The position numbers and the translations under genes are program-made. A stretch of DNA of 64,000 bases from Candidatus Avelusimicrobium gallinaceum (GTDB taxonomy: Bacteria; Elusimicrobiota; Elusimicrobia; Elusimicrobiales; Elusimicrobiaceae). The number at the start of each line of letters is the position of its first letter. The first letter of the stretch is position 1. The notes under the pieces were generated by a model. The model had not been told where the DNA came from and did not search any database. It saw only the letters and a program-made list of their open reading frames with translations. Of this stretch, positions 28,916-38,943 are shown one piece after another. The DNA is taken from NCBI GenBank assembly GCA_944324965.1, contig CALUYH010000001.1:42816-106815 (forward strand), written 5' to 3'.

Positions 28916-31376
28916 GTGGGTGGCCGCCGGTGTGGCGGTGATCTTGTTTGGATTGGCCGGGGGCGAGGTAGCCCTGCGGTGGGCGTCGTCGTCCGATTGG
29001 GCGCGCGAATGGGCACGCCAAAAAGCGGCCGAAATGCTCCACCGGGATGTACGGCTGCAAAAAATGTCGGCCAGCTTCAGCGGTATTAAGCTGGACGGAT
29101 TGGAAATCGCCGAACCGGGCGGATTTGACGAAGGCACCTTTGTGTCGGCCCAGCGGGTGCGCGTGCGCGTGAATTTGCTGGCCCTGCTGTGCAAGCGCCT
29201 TTCCGTGCGGGCGTTTATCATTACGCAGGCCAAAGTGAACCTGGTGCGGCGTGAAGACGGCACATTTAATTTTGACGGGATTGTCCCCGCGGCTGAAGAC
29301 AAGCCGAAGGACGAAAAGCCCTCCGCCTGGCCGCTGGACATTACGCTGGACCGCCTGTCCATGCGGGATATGGACCTGACGTACACCGATTTACAGCAAC
29401 ACACCCGGGCGGCCGCGTCGGACGTGGCTTTCCAAATCAGCCAATTCGGGCTGAAGCAAAAATTTTCGGTGGAAATCAAATCCGTTTTGACGTACGAAAC
29501 GCAGGGGAAAACCATCAGCGTGCCGGCCGGTTTACAGGCACAGGCGTATTTGGAAGGATTCAATTTGGCCCGCGCGTATGTGGAAGTCGGCCGTTTTACG
29601 GCGCAGTATAAGGATGCGTCTTTCACGTTGCGTCTGCGGGTGGAAGATTTTACCCGCCCGCTGGTGCACGCCGCCTTGCAGCTGGAAAACGTTACCTCGG
29701 CCGTAGTGGCCGAATGGATGGATGATGTGCCGGAGTTTACGCTGCCGGAGCTGTCCGCCGTGGCCGATGCGCGGATTGACCTGAAAGCCCAAAAAGCGGA
29801 TATCCAACAATTGTCTTTGGAACTGCCGGGCCTGGAAAGCCAATTTGCAGGCGAGTGGGATTACGCCCGCCAACAGCCCAACGATTTTGAAACTTCTTTC
29901 ACTGTTGATTTAGCCGACATCGCCAAACTGGTTCCCCTGTGGGTGGAAGAATACCGCCTGAAAGGGGAGCTGACGGGTTCCGCCAGCCAAAAAGAAGGAG
30001 CGCTGACGGCGGATGTCGTGCTGAAAAACGGCGCCGGGCGCGTGCCGTACACCGGGGAATTTACCAAAGTGGCGGCGTCGTTCCGCGCGCAGGAAAAAGC
30101 CGGCCTGACCGAAGGCTCCGCCAGCGGCAGCTTGAGCGGCCGCCTGAACGGGGACCCGTTTAACGGTTCCCTCACGCTGACGCAGCTGCCCGACGAGTGG
30201 AAAGCGGACGTAAAACTGCGCGCGGGCCGCGTGGCGCTGCCGCCGCTTGCGCAAACGCCGCCGGCCGATGAAACGCTGTTCGTGGCCGATACCAAACTGC
30301 CCGTGGCCGAAAAGGCCGCCTGGCCGCTTCCTCCGGTTTCCGTTAAGGCGGATATCGTGATAGACTCGCTGGATGCCCCGTATATTTACGGGACGGATTT
30401 AAACTTCCAGGCCAATTTAACAGGCGTTACGCCGGATTTAAAAACTACGCACGGGGAACTGCGGCTGGATATGGGCAGCGGGGAAATTAAGGACTTGTAC
30501 CGCTTGACCAACGCCAACGCCGTGACCAAAATTCTGTTCCTGTCCGTCAACGTGGTGGGCAAAGTGTTCAACACGATGAACGTGTTTGCCGTGCTGGACG
30601 GATTGGGGAGCGGGCTGCTCAACGTAATCGGTATGGGCGCAGCCCCCAAAGAGGCCGATTTGGTGGTGCAAACCGTCACCGACCCGGACGGAACCACGCA
30701 CCAGATTATGGTGCCGTATACGGACCGGAAAATCAGCGGGCGGATGGCGTATGACAAATTTTCCACGGATGTGGATTTTAAGCAAGGGCTGGCCAACATT
30801 GAAAACGGGATATTCGTGTCCGACACGGTTTCCTTTGCGTTGGACGGCACAACGGACTTTAACAGCGGCAATTTGGATATGACGGTGCAAGCCGCGCCCG
30901 GCAAGCACGAGGCCGACGGCATTATGCCGCTTACGTTAAAAATAGGGGGGACGGTGTCCGACCCCAAGGGGAGTATGAGCGTAATCAGTTCCGTGTCTTC
31001 GCTGGTGACGCAGGGATTAGGTAATAACTTCGCCAGCCGCTCCGTCAAAAAGGGGTTGGGAGGCTTGTTCGGATTATTTAAAAAAGACAAATCCGATAAA
31101 AAAGAAAAACAAACGGACACAACGCCAGCGACGGCGGAACCGGCTGTTTCTGCCGCTCCTGTGCAGGGCGCAGCCCCGCAAGCAGATAAATCCGCCCAAA
31201 CGGGAACGACCGCTCCGGCCGATGCGGATAAATCCGCCGCGCCGATTGTATCCGAGCCCGCGGCCGAAGAATCCCCTGCGGCGGTGACGGCGCCGACCGC
31301 TTCCGAAGCGGCCGATGCGGGCAAACCCGCCGCTGAAGAAACGACCCCAAATGAGGAGCCGCCGGCGGAAGAATAA
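28896..31376 (+). CDS. AsmA family protein with an Ala/Pro/Glu-rich tail
   Basis: N-terminal anchor; VNLVRREDGTFNF; PLTLKIGGTVSDP C-terminal motif. Confidence 0.75.
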   Translation: MKKKWIRWVAAGVAVILFGLAGGEVALRWASSSDWAREWARQKAAEMLHRDVRLQKMSASFSGIKLDGLEIAEPGGFDEGTFVSAQRVRVRVNLLALLCKRLSVRAFIITQAKVNLVRREDGTFNFDGIVPAAEDKPKDEKPSAWPLDITLDRLSMRDMDLTYTDLQQHTRAAASDVAFQISQFGLKQKFSVEIKSVLTYETQGKTISVPAGLQAQAYLEGFNLARAYVEVGRFTAQYKDASFTLRLRVEDFTRPLVHAALQLENVTSAVVAEWMDDVPEFTLPELSAVADARIDLKAQKADIQQLSLELPGLESQFAGEWDYARQQPNDFETSFTVDLADIAKLVPLWVEEYRLKGELTGSASQKEGALTADVVLKNGAGRVPYTGEFTKVAASFRAQEKAGLTEGSASGSLSGRLNGDPFNGSLTLTQLPDEWKADVKLRAGRVALPPLAQTPPADETLFVADTKLPVAEKAAWPLPPVSVKADIVIDSLDAPYIYGTDLNFQANLTGVTPDLKTTHGELRLDMGSGEIKDLYRLTNANAVTKILFLSVNVVGKVFNTMNVFAVLDGLGSGLLNVIGMGAAPKEADLVVQTVTDPDGTTHQIMVPYTDRKISGRMAYDKFSTDVDFKQGLANIENGIFVSDTVSFALDGTTDFNSGNLDMTVQAAPGKHEADGIMPLTLKIGGTVSDPKGSMSVISSVSSLVTQGLGNNFASRSVKKGLGGLFGLFKKDKSDKKEKQTDTTPATAEPAVSAAPVQGAAPQADKSAQTGTTAPADADKSAAPIVSEPAAEESPAAVTAPTASEAADAGKPAAEETTPNEEPPAEE

Positions 31377-31394
31377 AAATAATTTGGCAGGCAC

Positions 31395-31427
31395 AAAAAA
31401 CCCCGGAGCGTTGGCTCCGGGGTTTTT
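31395..31427. terminator. Bidirectional terminator
   Basis: AAAAACCCCGGAGC...GCTCCGGGGTTTTT. Confidence 0.85.
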
Positions 31428-31429
31428 GG

Positions 31430-32743
31430 TTATTTGATGATTTCTTTTACAATCTTGTAAGGGGCGGGTTTTTTCTTGCCGAGTTTGACGGCTTGTTTAA
31501 ACAGCTCCACCCCGTCGGCCAAGCGTTTTTTGTCGGAGGCGTACAGCGTGGCGATAACGTCGCCTTTCTTCACGGCGTCGCCGGCTTTTTTGTCCAGCCA
31601 AATGCCGGCGCCGTAATCAATGTCGTCTTCCATCGTGTTGCGTCCGGCGCCCAACAGCACGCCCGCCATACCGGCGGTTTTGGCATCAATGTGTTCCACA
31701 TAACCGTTGGTGTCGGCCTTCAGTTCAAATTTCAGCTTCGCGTTTTGGAAGTATTTTACGGGGTCGTCCACCGCTTGGGGGCTGGCACCCTGCCATTTGA
31801 CCATTTCGCGCAGTTTGGCGGCGGCTTCGCCGTTGGTGATTTTTTCTTCCATCAGCGCACGGGCCTTTTTGATGTCTTTTACTTTGCCGCTGATGACCAA
31901 CATATTGGCGGCTTCTTCAATCAACAATTCATAAAAGTCCGGCGCCAGTTTTTTGTCACCTTTCAAAATCAGCACGGTTTGGCGCATTTCGTTGGCGTTG
32001 CCGATGGCGCGGCCCAAGGGCTGGTCCATATACGTAATGAGCGCGCGGCATTTGAGGCCCAACAGTTTGGCCGTGTTCACCAGCGCGCGGGCCAGCTTGC
32101 GGCTGTCCGGCAGTTTTTGCATAAACGCGCCGGAGCCGTATTTTACGTCCATTAACAGGCTGTCCACGCCTTCGGCGTATTTCTTGGAAAGGATGCTGGC
32201 CACGATGAGCGGGCGGCTTTCCACGGTGCCGGTAGCGTCGCGCAGGGAATAGAGTTTTTTGTCGGCGGGGGCCAAGTCCTGCGTTTGGCCAAACATACAC
32301 ACGCCCAGTTTTTGGATTTGGCGGTAAATGAGTTTGACCGGGACGCGTACTTCAAAATTTTTCATGGATTCCAGTTTGTCCAGCGTGCCGCCCGTGTGCC
32401 CCAGCCCGCGGCCGGACATCATCGGTACGGCTACGCCCGCGCACGCCACCAGCGGCGCCAGCGCCATGGAAATGCCGTCCCCTACGCCGCCGGTAGAGTG
32501 TTTATCCACCGTCGGCATTTTGACGGACGAAAAATCCAACCGGCCGCCCGAATGGGCCATGGCCTTGGTGAACATAGCGGTTTCTTTATCGGAAAGGGGG
32601 CGCAAAAAACACGCCATTAAAAAAGCGGAAAGCTGATAGTCGGGCACGGTGCCTTTGGCGGCGCCTTGTGCAACAAAGTTAAATTCTTCCTGCGTGAGGG
32701 TCTTGCCGTTGCGTTTCTTGATGATAACATCAATCATTCTCAT
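31430..32743 (-). CDS. pdp: Pyrimidine-nucleoside/thymidine phosphorylase
   Basis: DKHSTGGVGD, SGRGLGHTGGTLDKLES and DVKYGSGAFM motifs. Confidence 0.93.
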   Translation of the reverse strand: MRMIDVIIKKRNGKTLTQEEFNFVAQGAAKGTVPDYQLSAFLMACFLRPLSDKETAMFTKAMAHSGGRLDFSSVKMPTVDKHSTGGVGDGISMALAPLVACAGVAVPMMSGRGLGHTGGTLDKLESMKNFEVRVPVKLIYRQIQKLGVCMFGQTQDLAPADKKLYSLRDATGTVESRPLIVASILSKKYAEGVDSLLMDVKYGSGAFMQKLPDSRKLARALVNTAKLLGLKCRALITYMDQPLGRAIGNANEMRQTVLILKGDKKLAPDFYELLIEEAANMLVISGKVKDIKKARALMEEKITNGEAAAKLREMVKWQGASPQAVDDPVKYFQNAKLKFELKADTNGYVEHIDAKTAGMAGVLLGAGRNTMEDDIDYGAGIWLDKKAGDAVKKGDVIATLYASDKKRLADGVELFKQAVKLGKKKPAPYKIVKEIIK

Positions 32744-32901
32744 AGTTTGCTGCCTCCTTTTTCCCCGTAAGCGGGGGTGAATTCCAGCATATCATTTTCC
32801 GGCGGAAAAGAGAACCCCCTCCCGGCGGATAAATATGGGAAAACGATACCGTGTTGCTTTAAAAAAGAATCCCGCCTGTTTTACAAGCGGGATGACACAA
32901 A

Positions 32902-34335
32902 TTATTTGCCCCAATTCAAGGCCAGTTCTTCGCGGATGTTTTGGATTTCGCTTTGCGTTTGGTTAATCAGTTTTTGCAAACGCGCTTTGCGCGCCGACAC
33001 AAAGGACCACGCCGTCACGTATTCCGGCACATCGTGGGAAGCATCCCGGGTTTGTTTGGCTTGCTTGTCTACCAATTCTTTCATATGGTTCAGCTGGTAT
33101 TGGGCGTTCATCAATTTTTGCAAGCGGGTGTTCAGCACGTCCATGCGGGCCAGCAAAGACCGGATGCGTTTGCTTTTGGCCCCGAAGAAATAAGACCCGA
33201 CCGAGCTTTTTTTGCTCATATCGCCGTTGGGCCAGATGGTTTGCTGGTGGTTGCGGACCCAGGTTAATTGGTTGAGTATTTTTTGGGACGTTTCATCTTT
33301 TAAGGGATTGTTCAGCAGCCACAGGGCGGCCTGCGGTTCCAGATAGGTAGCCGCGCTTAACACGGCTTGGGCTTTTTTGGCCGGCAGGTAGACGGAGGTT
33401 TCCACGAAAAATTCAAAATCGTTTTCCGCCCAGGTGCCGGTTTTATCCAACTTATCCAACAGCCGTCTTTGTACGGTGTAGGCGTAACTGCGCAGGTAGT
33501 CGTTTGCTTTGGGCAGGGCCCCGGCATCGTAGGAAACGGCAGGAAATTCGTTAAATACGTACATATACAATTGAACAAAGTTGTAGGAAAGAACGGACGC
33601 GGCATCGTCAATCAGCATCATAAAGAACTGTTTTTGCTGGGGGGATAAGGTCTTTTCCTGCAGGATAAAGTCAAACACGGCCGTGATGGATTTTTCGGGC
33701 TGTTCGGTCAGCTTTCCCATTACCTCTTGGGAAATGTAGTTCGGGTCGCCGGGGCTTTCGGAAAGTTTCACCGGCGTTACGCGCACCTGGTCCCAATTGG
33801 GCGTACCCCAAGCAAACGACGAATTTTTGCCTTTTAAAATTTGTTCCCACATCTGGCGGGATACCGTTTGCGATTGCAGCATTTTGGCGGCGTCCCATTT
33901 TAGCAGGTGGGCCGGGATATTGGGGCGCGGTTTTTTGGCCAGGATTGTGCCCAACACGCGGCTTTCGTGCTGGAGGATTTTGTTAAGCTGCTGGCGGTAG
34001 AGCTCTTTGTCTTTTAAAGAGGCGTTGACGGCAGGGTGTTTGGGCATAGGCAACCCCAGCATTTTTAAATGAGCTGCCGTGGCGGCAAAATCCTTGGATA
34101 CGACCCACCCCGGGTTTTGGTATAGGGCGCGGCGGGCTTCTTCTATGGCGTCGTAGCGGTTGCGCAGGGACTGCATTTGCGAAGTGGACAAAGTGTTTAA
34201 CGTAGAAAATTTTTTGGGTGCAGTAAAAGAAGATTTTAACAACTGGGTTAAACTTTTGGCTGAGGTTTGGGCCGACGCCACGCCGGCAACCAGCAAACAA
34301 CCTGCCAACAGGCCTAAACAAGAAATTCTTTTCAT
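32902..34335 (-). CDS. Secreted hypothetical protein with a coiled-coil C-terminus
   Basis: 477-aa ORF with a signal peptide and an AGGAG Shine-Dalgarno. Confidence 0.75.
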   Translation of the reverse strand: MKRISCLGLLAGCLLVAGVASAQTSAKSLTQLLKSSFTAPKKFSTLNTLSTSQMQSLRNRYDAIEEARRALYQNPGWVVSKDFAATAAHLKMLGLPMPKHPAVNASLKDKELYRQQLNKILQHESRVLGTILAKKPRPNIPAHLLKWDAAKMLQSQTVSRQMWEQILKGKNSSFAWGTPNWDQVRVTPVKLSESPGDPNYISQEVMGKLTEQPEKSITAVFDFILQEKTLSPQQKQFFMMLIDDAASVLSYNFVQLYMYVFNEFPAVSYDAGALPKANDYLRSYAYTVQRRLLDKLDKTGTWAENDFEFFVETSVYLPAKKAQAVLSAATYLEPQAALWLLNNPLKDETSQKILNQLTWVRNHQQTIWPNGDMSKKSSVGSYFFGAKSKRIRSLLARMDVLNTRLQKLMNAQYQLNHMKELVDKQAKQTRDASHDVPEYVTAWSFVSARKARLQKLINQTQSEIQNIREELALNWGK

Positions 34336-34521
34336 ACGCGCTCCTTATGAATGTTTCTTAATAATAGCATAGAAAAGCTGCCCCGTCCAGACAAGGGGCT
34401 TTGGACCCAGAAAGAGGCGGGACTTTTTGCCCGCGGCGTCTGGGTCCTTTTGGCCCCGGGGCGGTTTTGCCGCCAGTTTAGATTTGATATCATATACTTA
34501 CCAAGCTATTTTGGAGGAATT

Positions 34522-36543
34522 ATGAAGAAAATTGTTGTCCCCGGATGGATTAAAACCTATATCCAATTCATCCTAGCCAACTGGTTGTTTTTTATGTTGA
34601 TGCGCGGAATTTTTTTGTTTGCGTTCCGCACCGCGCTGCTGCCGCAGAATTACCACGAACTGTGGAAGACCTTTTACGTGGGCGCCAAGTTTGACTTGCG
34701 CCTGGCCTGCGCGGTAGCCATTTTGCTGGGGTTGTATTTCACCCTGTGCGCTTTCTGGAAGAAAGCCCGTTGCCTGCGCAAAGGCGTAGCTGTGCTGTAC
34801 GGCGTGATAGAAGCGCTGGTGCTGCTGGTGTATTTTTGTGACTTTGCGCACTACTCCTATATTTCCATGCGCATTAACTACTCCATTTTTAAATACGCCG
34901 AAAACGCCCTCATTTCCCTCCAAATGGCTTGGGAAACTTACCCGCTGGTGTGGGGCATTTTGGCGCTGGTGCTGTGGGGCGTGCTGTGCGGTTGGTGGGT
35001 GAACCGCCTGCAGAAAAAGGCCTTTGCGCAGGAAGACAATTACCGCTGGAAAGGCAACTTGGGGTGGTTCTTTGTAGGCCTGTTGTTGACGGGCGCCTGT
35101 ATGTTTGGCCAGATCAGCCAATACCCGCTGCGCTGGAGCAACGCCTACCACTCTACCAACAATTTTATCTGCAACCTGACGCTGAACCCGGTGCTGAATA
35201 TCTACGATACGGCCCGCTTTGTAAAAGCCGACAGCTACGACGCCGACAAAACGGCCCGGTACTATGATGAGATTTCCCGCTATCTGGGCGTAGATCATCC
35301 GAATAAAGACACCCTGAATTTTGAACGCGTCATCGCCGCCAAACCGGCAGACCAGCAGAAAAATTACAACGTGGTGATTATCTTTATGGAATCGCTGGCG
35401 TGGAATAAACTTTCCATGACCAACCCGGATATTGACCCGACCCCGTTTGTAAAAGAACTGGCGGACAAATCCATTTTGTTTAATCACTTCTTTGCGCCCA
35501 CCTCGGCCACGGCCCGCGCGGTGTTTGCCACCATTACGGGCATCCCGGATGTGACGTCCTTTAAAACCAGCTCCCGCAACCCGCTGATTGTGGACCAGCA
35601 CGTGGTGGTTAACTCGCTGCGCGATTACGAAAAATACTTCTTTATCGGCGGCAGTGCCAGCTGGGGTAACATCCGCGGGATTTTGGAACATAACCTGACC
35701 GGCGTGCATATGTACGAAGAAGGACACTTTAAAAACGAACACCGCAACGACGTGTGGGGTATTTCCGACCTGGACCTGTTCCGCGAAGCCAACCGCATTT
35801 TGAATGAAGAACAGCAAAAAGAAAAGAAACCGTTCTTTGCCGTCATCCAAACGGCCGGCTACCATCGCCCGTATACGATTCCGGACGACAACGCCGGCTT
35901 TGAACTCAAAGACATCGGCGAAGATTTGGCCCACAAACGCAGCTTTGTCAGCGTGGCGGAATACAACTCGCTGCGGTTCTCGGACCATGCGTTGCATGAA
36001 TTCTTTAAACTGGCCGAAAAATCCGATTACTACGACAACACGGTATTCTTTATCTTCGGCGACCACGGTTTGTCGGCCCCGCAATCCGAAAATATGCCGC
36101 GGGGATATGTGGAACTGAACCTGATTAACCACCAAATCCCGCTGATTATTGCCGGTAAACCGATTGAAAAACCGCAGGTGATTGACCGCACCGCCAGCCA
36201 GGTGGACATCCTGCCGATTGCCATGGGCCTTTTGGGTCGGTCGTATTTCACCCGTGCCATCGGGCGTGACGTGCTGAGCAACCCGTCCTTGGAACCCGGT
36301 TCCCTGCTGTACGGCTGGGCCAGTTCGCCGGCTACTGTCGGCTTTGTGCAAGGGGAATACTATTATTTAAGACAAGGCGACAAAGAAGGCCTTTACAAAT
36401 ATACGGCGGACAATTATAATGAAGATATCTCAAAACAAGATCCCGAACGCTTTGAACATATGAAAAATATGGCGCTTGGATTATACGAGACTTCCCGCTA
36501 TCAGTTCTATCACAACCAAAAACGTGACGAGCGTGACGATTAG
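34522..36543 (+). CDS. LTA synthase family / sulfatase-fold membrane enzyme
   Basis: Several N-terminal TM helices; NVVIIFMES, H.PY, FGDHG and SQVDILP motifs. Confidence 0.85.
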   Translation: MKKIVVPGWIKTYIQFILANWLFFMLMRGIFLFAFRTALLPQNYHELWKTFYVGAKFDLRLACAVAILLGLYFTLCAFWKKARCLRKGVAVLYGVIEALVLLVYFCDFAHYSYISMRINYSIFKYAENALISLQMAWETYPLVWGILALVLWGVLCGWWVNRLQKKAFAQEDNYRWKGNLGWFFVGLLLTGACMFGQISQYPLRWSNAYHSTNNFICNLTLNPVLNIYDTARFVKADSYDADKTARYYDEISRYLGVDHPNKDTLNFERVIAAKPADQQKNYNVVIIFMESLAWNKLSMTNPDIDPTPFVKELADKSILFNHFFAPTSATARAVFATITGIPDVTSFKTSSRNPLIVDQHVVVNSLRDYEKYFFIGGSASWGNIRGILEHNLTGVHMYEEGHFKNEHRNDVWGISDLDLFREANRILNEEQQKEKKPFFAVIQTAGYHRPYTIPDDNAGFELKDIGEDLAHKRSFVSVAEYNSLRFSDHALHEFFKLAEKSDYYDNTVFFIFGDHGLSAPQSENMPRGYVELNLINHQIPLIIAGKPIEKPQVIDRTASQVDILPIAMGLLGRSYFTRAIGRDVLSNPSLEPGSLLYGWASSPATVGFVQGEYYYLRQGDKEGLYKYTADNYNEDISKQDPERFEHMKNMALGLYETSRYQFYHNQKRDERDD

Positions 36544-36551
36544 GAGAGTAT

Positions 36552-37115
36552 ATGAACGGAATTTGGATTGCAGTTTTATTAATTGTTGTTTTTGCGGTGT
36601 ATGCCGTGTCGGTATACAACGGGTTTATTGCGCTTAAAAACCGGGTGGACGAAGCCTGGAGCGATATTGAAGTGCAAATGAAACGCCGCTACGATATGGT
36701 GCCTAACCTGGTGGAAACCGTAAAGGGCTACGCCAAGCACGAAGCCGGCACGCTGGAAAAAGTCATCCAGGCGCGCAATATGGCTATGGGAATGCATGAA
36801 AGTATGAAGGAAATTTCCGAGTCCGAAAATATGCTTTCCGGGGCGCTGAAATCCATTTTTGCCCTGTCGGAAAACTACCCGGATTTAAAGGCCAATGCCA
36901 ACTTTATGGAACTCCAGCGCGAACTGCGCGACACGGAGGACAAACTCCAGGCCGCCCGCCGCTTTTACAACGGCAACGTGCTGGCCTATAATACCAAGGT
37001 GGAAATGTTCCCCAGCAACATTGTGGCTTCTATGTTCAACTTTGACAAACGCGACTTCTTTGAACTGGCGGAAGATGAACAGGCAGCCCGCGATGCGGTG
37101 AAAGTGCAGTTCTAA
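36552..37115 (+). CDS. lemA: LemA family protein
   Basis: AWSDIEVQMKRRYD, ENYPDLKAN, AARRFYN and FPSN motifs. Confidence 0.93.
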   Translation: MNGIWIAVLLIVVFAVYAVSVYNGFIALKNRVDEAWSDIEVQMKRRYDMVPNLVETVKGYAKHEAGTLEKVIQARNMAMGMHESMKEISESENMLSGALKSIFALSENYPDLKANANFMELQRELRDTEDKLQAARRFYNGNVLAYNTKVEMFPSNIVASMFNFDKRDFFELAEDEQAARDAVKVQF

Positions 37116-37123
37116 CCTTCCTT

Positions 37124-38137
37124 ATGGCTACGATTTACGACCATATTGCACAAAACAAGCGGCGCACCTGGCTGCTTGTTTTGTTGTTTCCGCTGACGTT
37201 TGCCGCCCTGGGATACGTGTTTTTGCTGGGGTGGATGCACTTTTCTACGGCCCATTACCGGTATGACGCCCAACAGGACGCCTACTACCAGGTGTACGAG
37301 GCCGAGGAACCCAATATATGGGTAAAAGCCAACGAGCGGGCCGTGCAGGTGCTGCCGTGGCTGTGGGCGGCGGCCGTGTTGTGGATTATCGTTGCGTATT
37401 ATGGCGGAAGCGCGTGGCTTATCAGCTCCGTGCACGGCATAGAAATCCACCGTGAGGACCAACCCGAAATTTACCGGTTGGTGGAAAATTTGTGCATTTC
37501 CCAGGGCTTGCCGGTGCCGCGGATATACATCATTGACGACGACTCGTTAAACGCGTTTGCCACCGGGCGGGACCCGGAACACGCGTCCATCGCGCTGACG
37601 AAAGGCATCGTGCTGAAGCTGGAACGGGCGGAACTGGAAGGCGTGATTGCACACGAACTTTCGCACATCCAAAACCGCGATATCCGCCTGATGCTCATCA
37701 CCGTGGCGGGGATTTCTTTCTTTACGTTTTTGTCGGAAATGTGCTTTCGGATAGGGCTTTCCAGCGGCAACAGCAGCAGCAAAAACAAAGGCGCGGCGGC
37801 GTTGTTCTTTTTTGTGCTGGGCGTCTTTTTTGCCATTTACGGCTATTTGATTGCGCCGCTGATCCGCCTGGCCGTTTCGCGCGTGCGCGAATACCAGGCC
37901 GACGCTTCCGCCGCGCTCATGACGCGCCACCCGGCCGCCTTGGCCAGTGCGTTGCAAAAAATCAGCGTTGACCCGCGGGTGGAAGTGCTGGACGAACACG
38001 CCAGTATGTCGGCCATGTGCATTGCCAACCCGTTGGCAAAAGGAACCCTCTTTACGGCGATATCCGGGCTGTTTGCCACGCACCCGCCCATAGAGGAGCG
38101 TATCGCCGCCCTGCGGGATATGGACGGACGCATTTAA
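37124..38137 (+). CDS. htpX: M48 zinc protease HtpX
   Basis: NAFATG, HELSH, REYQAD and THPPIEERI motifs. Confidence 0.93.
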   Translation: MATIYDHIAQNKRRTWLLVLLFPLTFAALGYVFLLGWMHFSTAHYRYDAQQDAYYQVYEAEEPNIWVKANERAVQVLPWLWAAAVLWIIVAYYGGSAWLISSVHGIEIHREDQPEIYRLVENLCISQGLPVPRIYIIDDDSLNAFATGRDPEHASIALTKGIVLKLERAELEGVIAHELSHIQNRDIRLMLITVAGISFFTFLSEMCFRIGLSSGNSSSKNKGAAALFFFVLGVFFAIYGYLIAPLIRLAVSRVREYQADASAALMTRHPAALASALQKISVDPRVEVLDEHASMSAMCIANPLAKGTLFTAISGLFATHPPIEERIAALRDMDGRI

Positions 38138-38151
38138 CAAACCATACATAT

Positions 38152-38188
38152 AAAAACCCCCGGTTCCGTTTGGCAACCGGGGGTTTTT
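38152..38188. terminator. Bidirectional terminator
   Basis: AAAAACCCCCGGTT...AACCGGGGGTTTTT. Confidence 0.85.
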
Positions 38189-38200
38189 GTCAGGCGCAAA

Positions 38201-38740
38201 TTATTCCATTACCTTTTCCAGGCTGGGGTCAAAGTCAAAGTATTCGTACGGCTCCAGCTCAAACATCTTGGCCAGCAGGTTCAGCGGAATGACGCCGGTG
38301 ATGGTGTTGAAATCGCGCGCGGCGCTGTTGTATTTTTTCTTGGAGCTTTGCACTTTGCTTTCGGCGTGGATGATGCTGCGCTGGAGTTTTAAAAAATGTT
38401 CGTCGTTTTTCAGTTCGGGGTGGTGCATGGCGGCGGTGAAAACTTTTTTGAATTTTTGGGTGATGTCGTTTTCCAGCCGCACGCGCTCCTGCAGAGAGGC
38501 CGTTTGGCGGCAGGCGTCTTTGAGGTTGGAAAGCTCGTAGATGAACGGCCGTTCCAGCTCGTTAAACGACGCGGCCGACAAAGCCAGGCTGGGGATGAGT
38601 TCCGCACGGTTTTTCATATTATTGTCCAGCTGTTGCCACGCCCGCGCCGCGGCTTTGTTCAGCGCTACAAATTTGGCATAAGCAAACATCAGCAGCACTA
38701 CCAGCATGCACATTGCCCCAAACAAGAACCAAATCACCAT
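38201..38740 (-). CDS. Divergent LemA family paralog
   Basis: AWQQLD..R.ELIPSL, HPELK, KKYN and IPLNLLA. Confidence 0.8.
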   Translation of the reverse strand: MVIWFLFGAMCMLVVLLMFAYAKFVALNKAAARAWQQLDNNMKNRAELIPSLALSAASFNELERPFIYELSNLKDACRQTASLQERVRLENDITQKFKKVFTAAMHHPELKNDEHFLKLQRSIIHAESKVQSSKKKYNSAARDFNTITGVIPLNLLAKMFELEPYEYFDFDPSLEKVME

Positions 38741-38943
38741 ATTTCATCCTCCTGGTTGACGAACGGACCTATTATAATTAAAATGAAAGTAGCGGTTTAG
38801 CTACTAAAAGTATAGATATTAACCCGAAAGAAATCAAGAACCGCCGGGCGGCACGTCCTGCGCCGCGGGTTAATAGCTGGTTTCTTATGTTGTGCCGGCA
38901 GCTGCCGGGTTTGTCATTCTTACAATTCCAAACGGAGGGTTCC

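Noticed and set aside
31080-31376. Repeats in the AsmA tail (ADKSA twice)
   Set aside because: Low-complexity disordered tail, not an organised repeat array.
34573-36351. 592-aa minus-strand ORF, and similar long ORFs at 4574-5665, 6664-7608, 10731-11642 and 30386-31396
   Set aside because: Antisense shadows of well-supported genes in GC-rich DNA, with no recognisable motifs.
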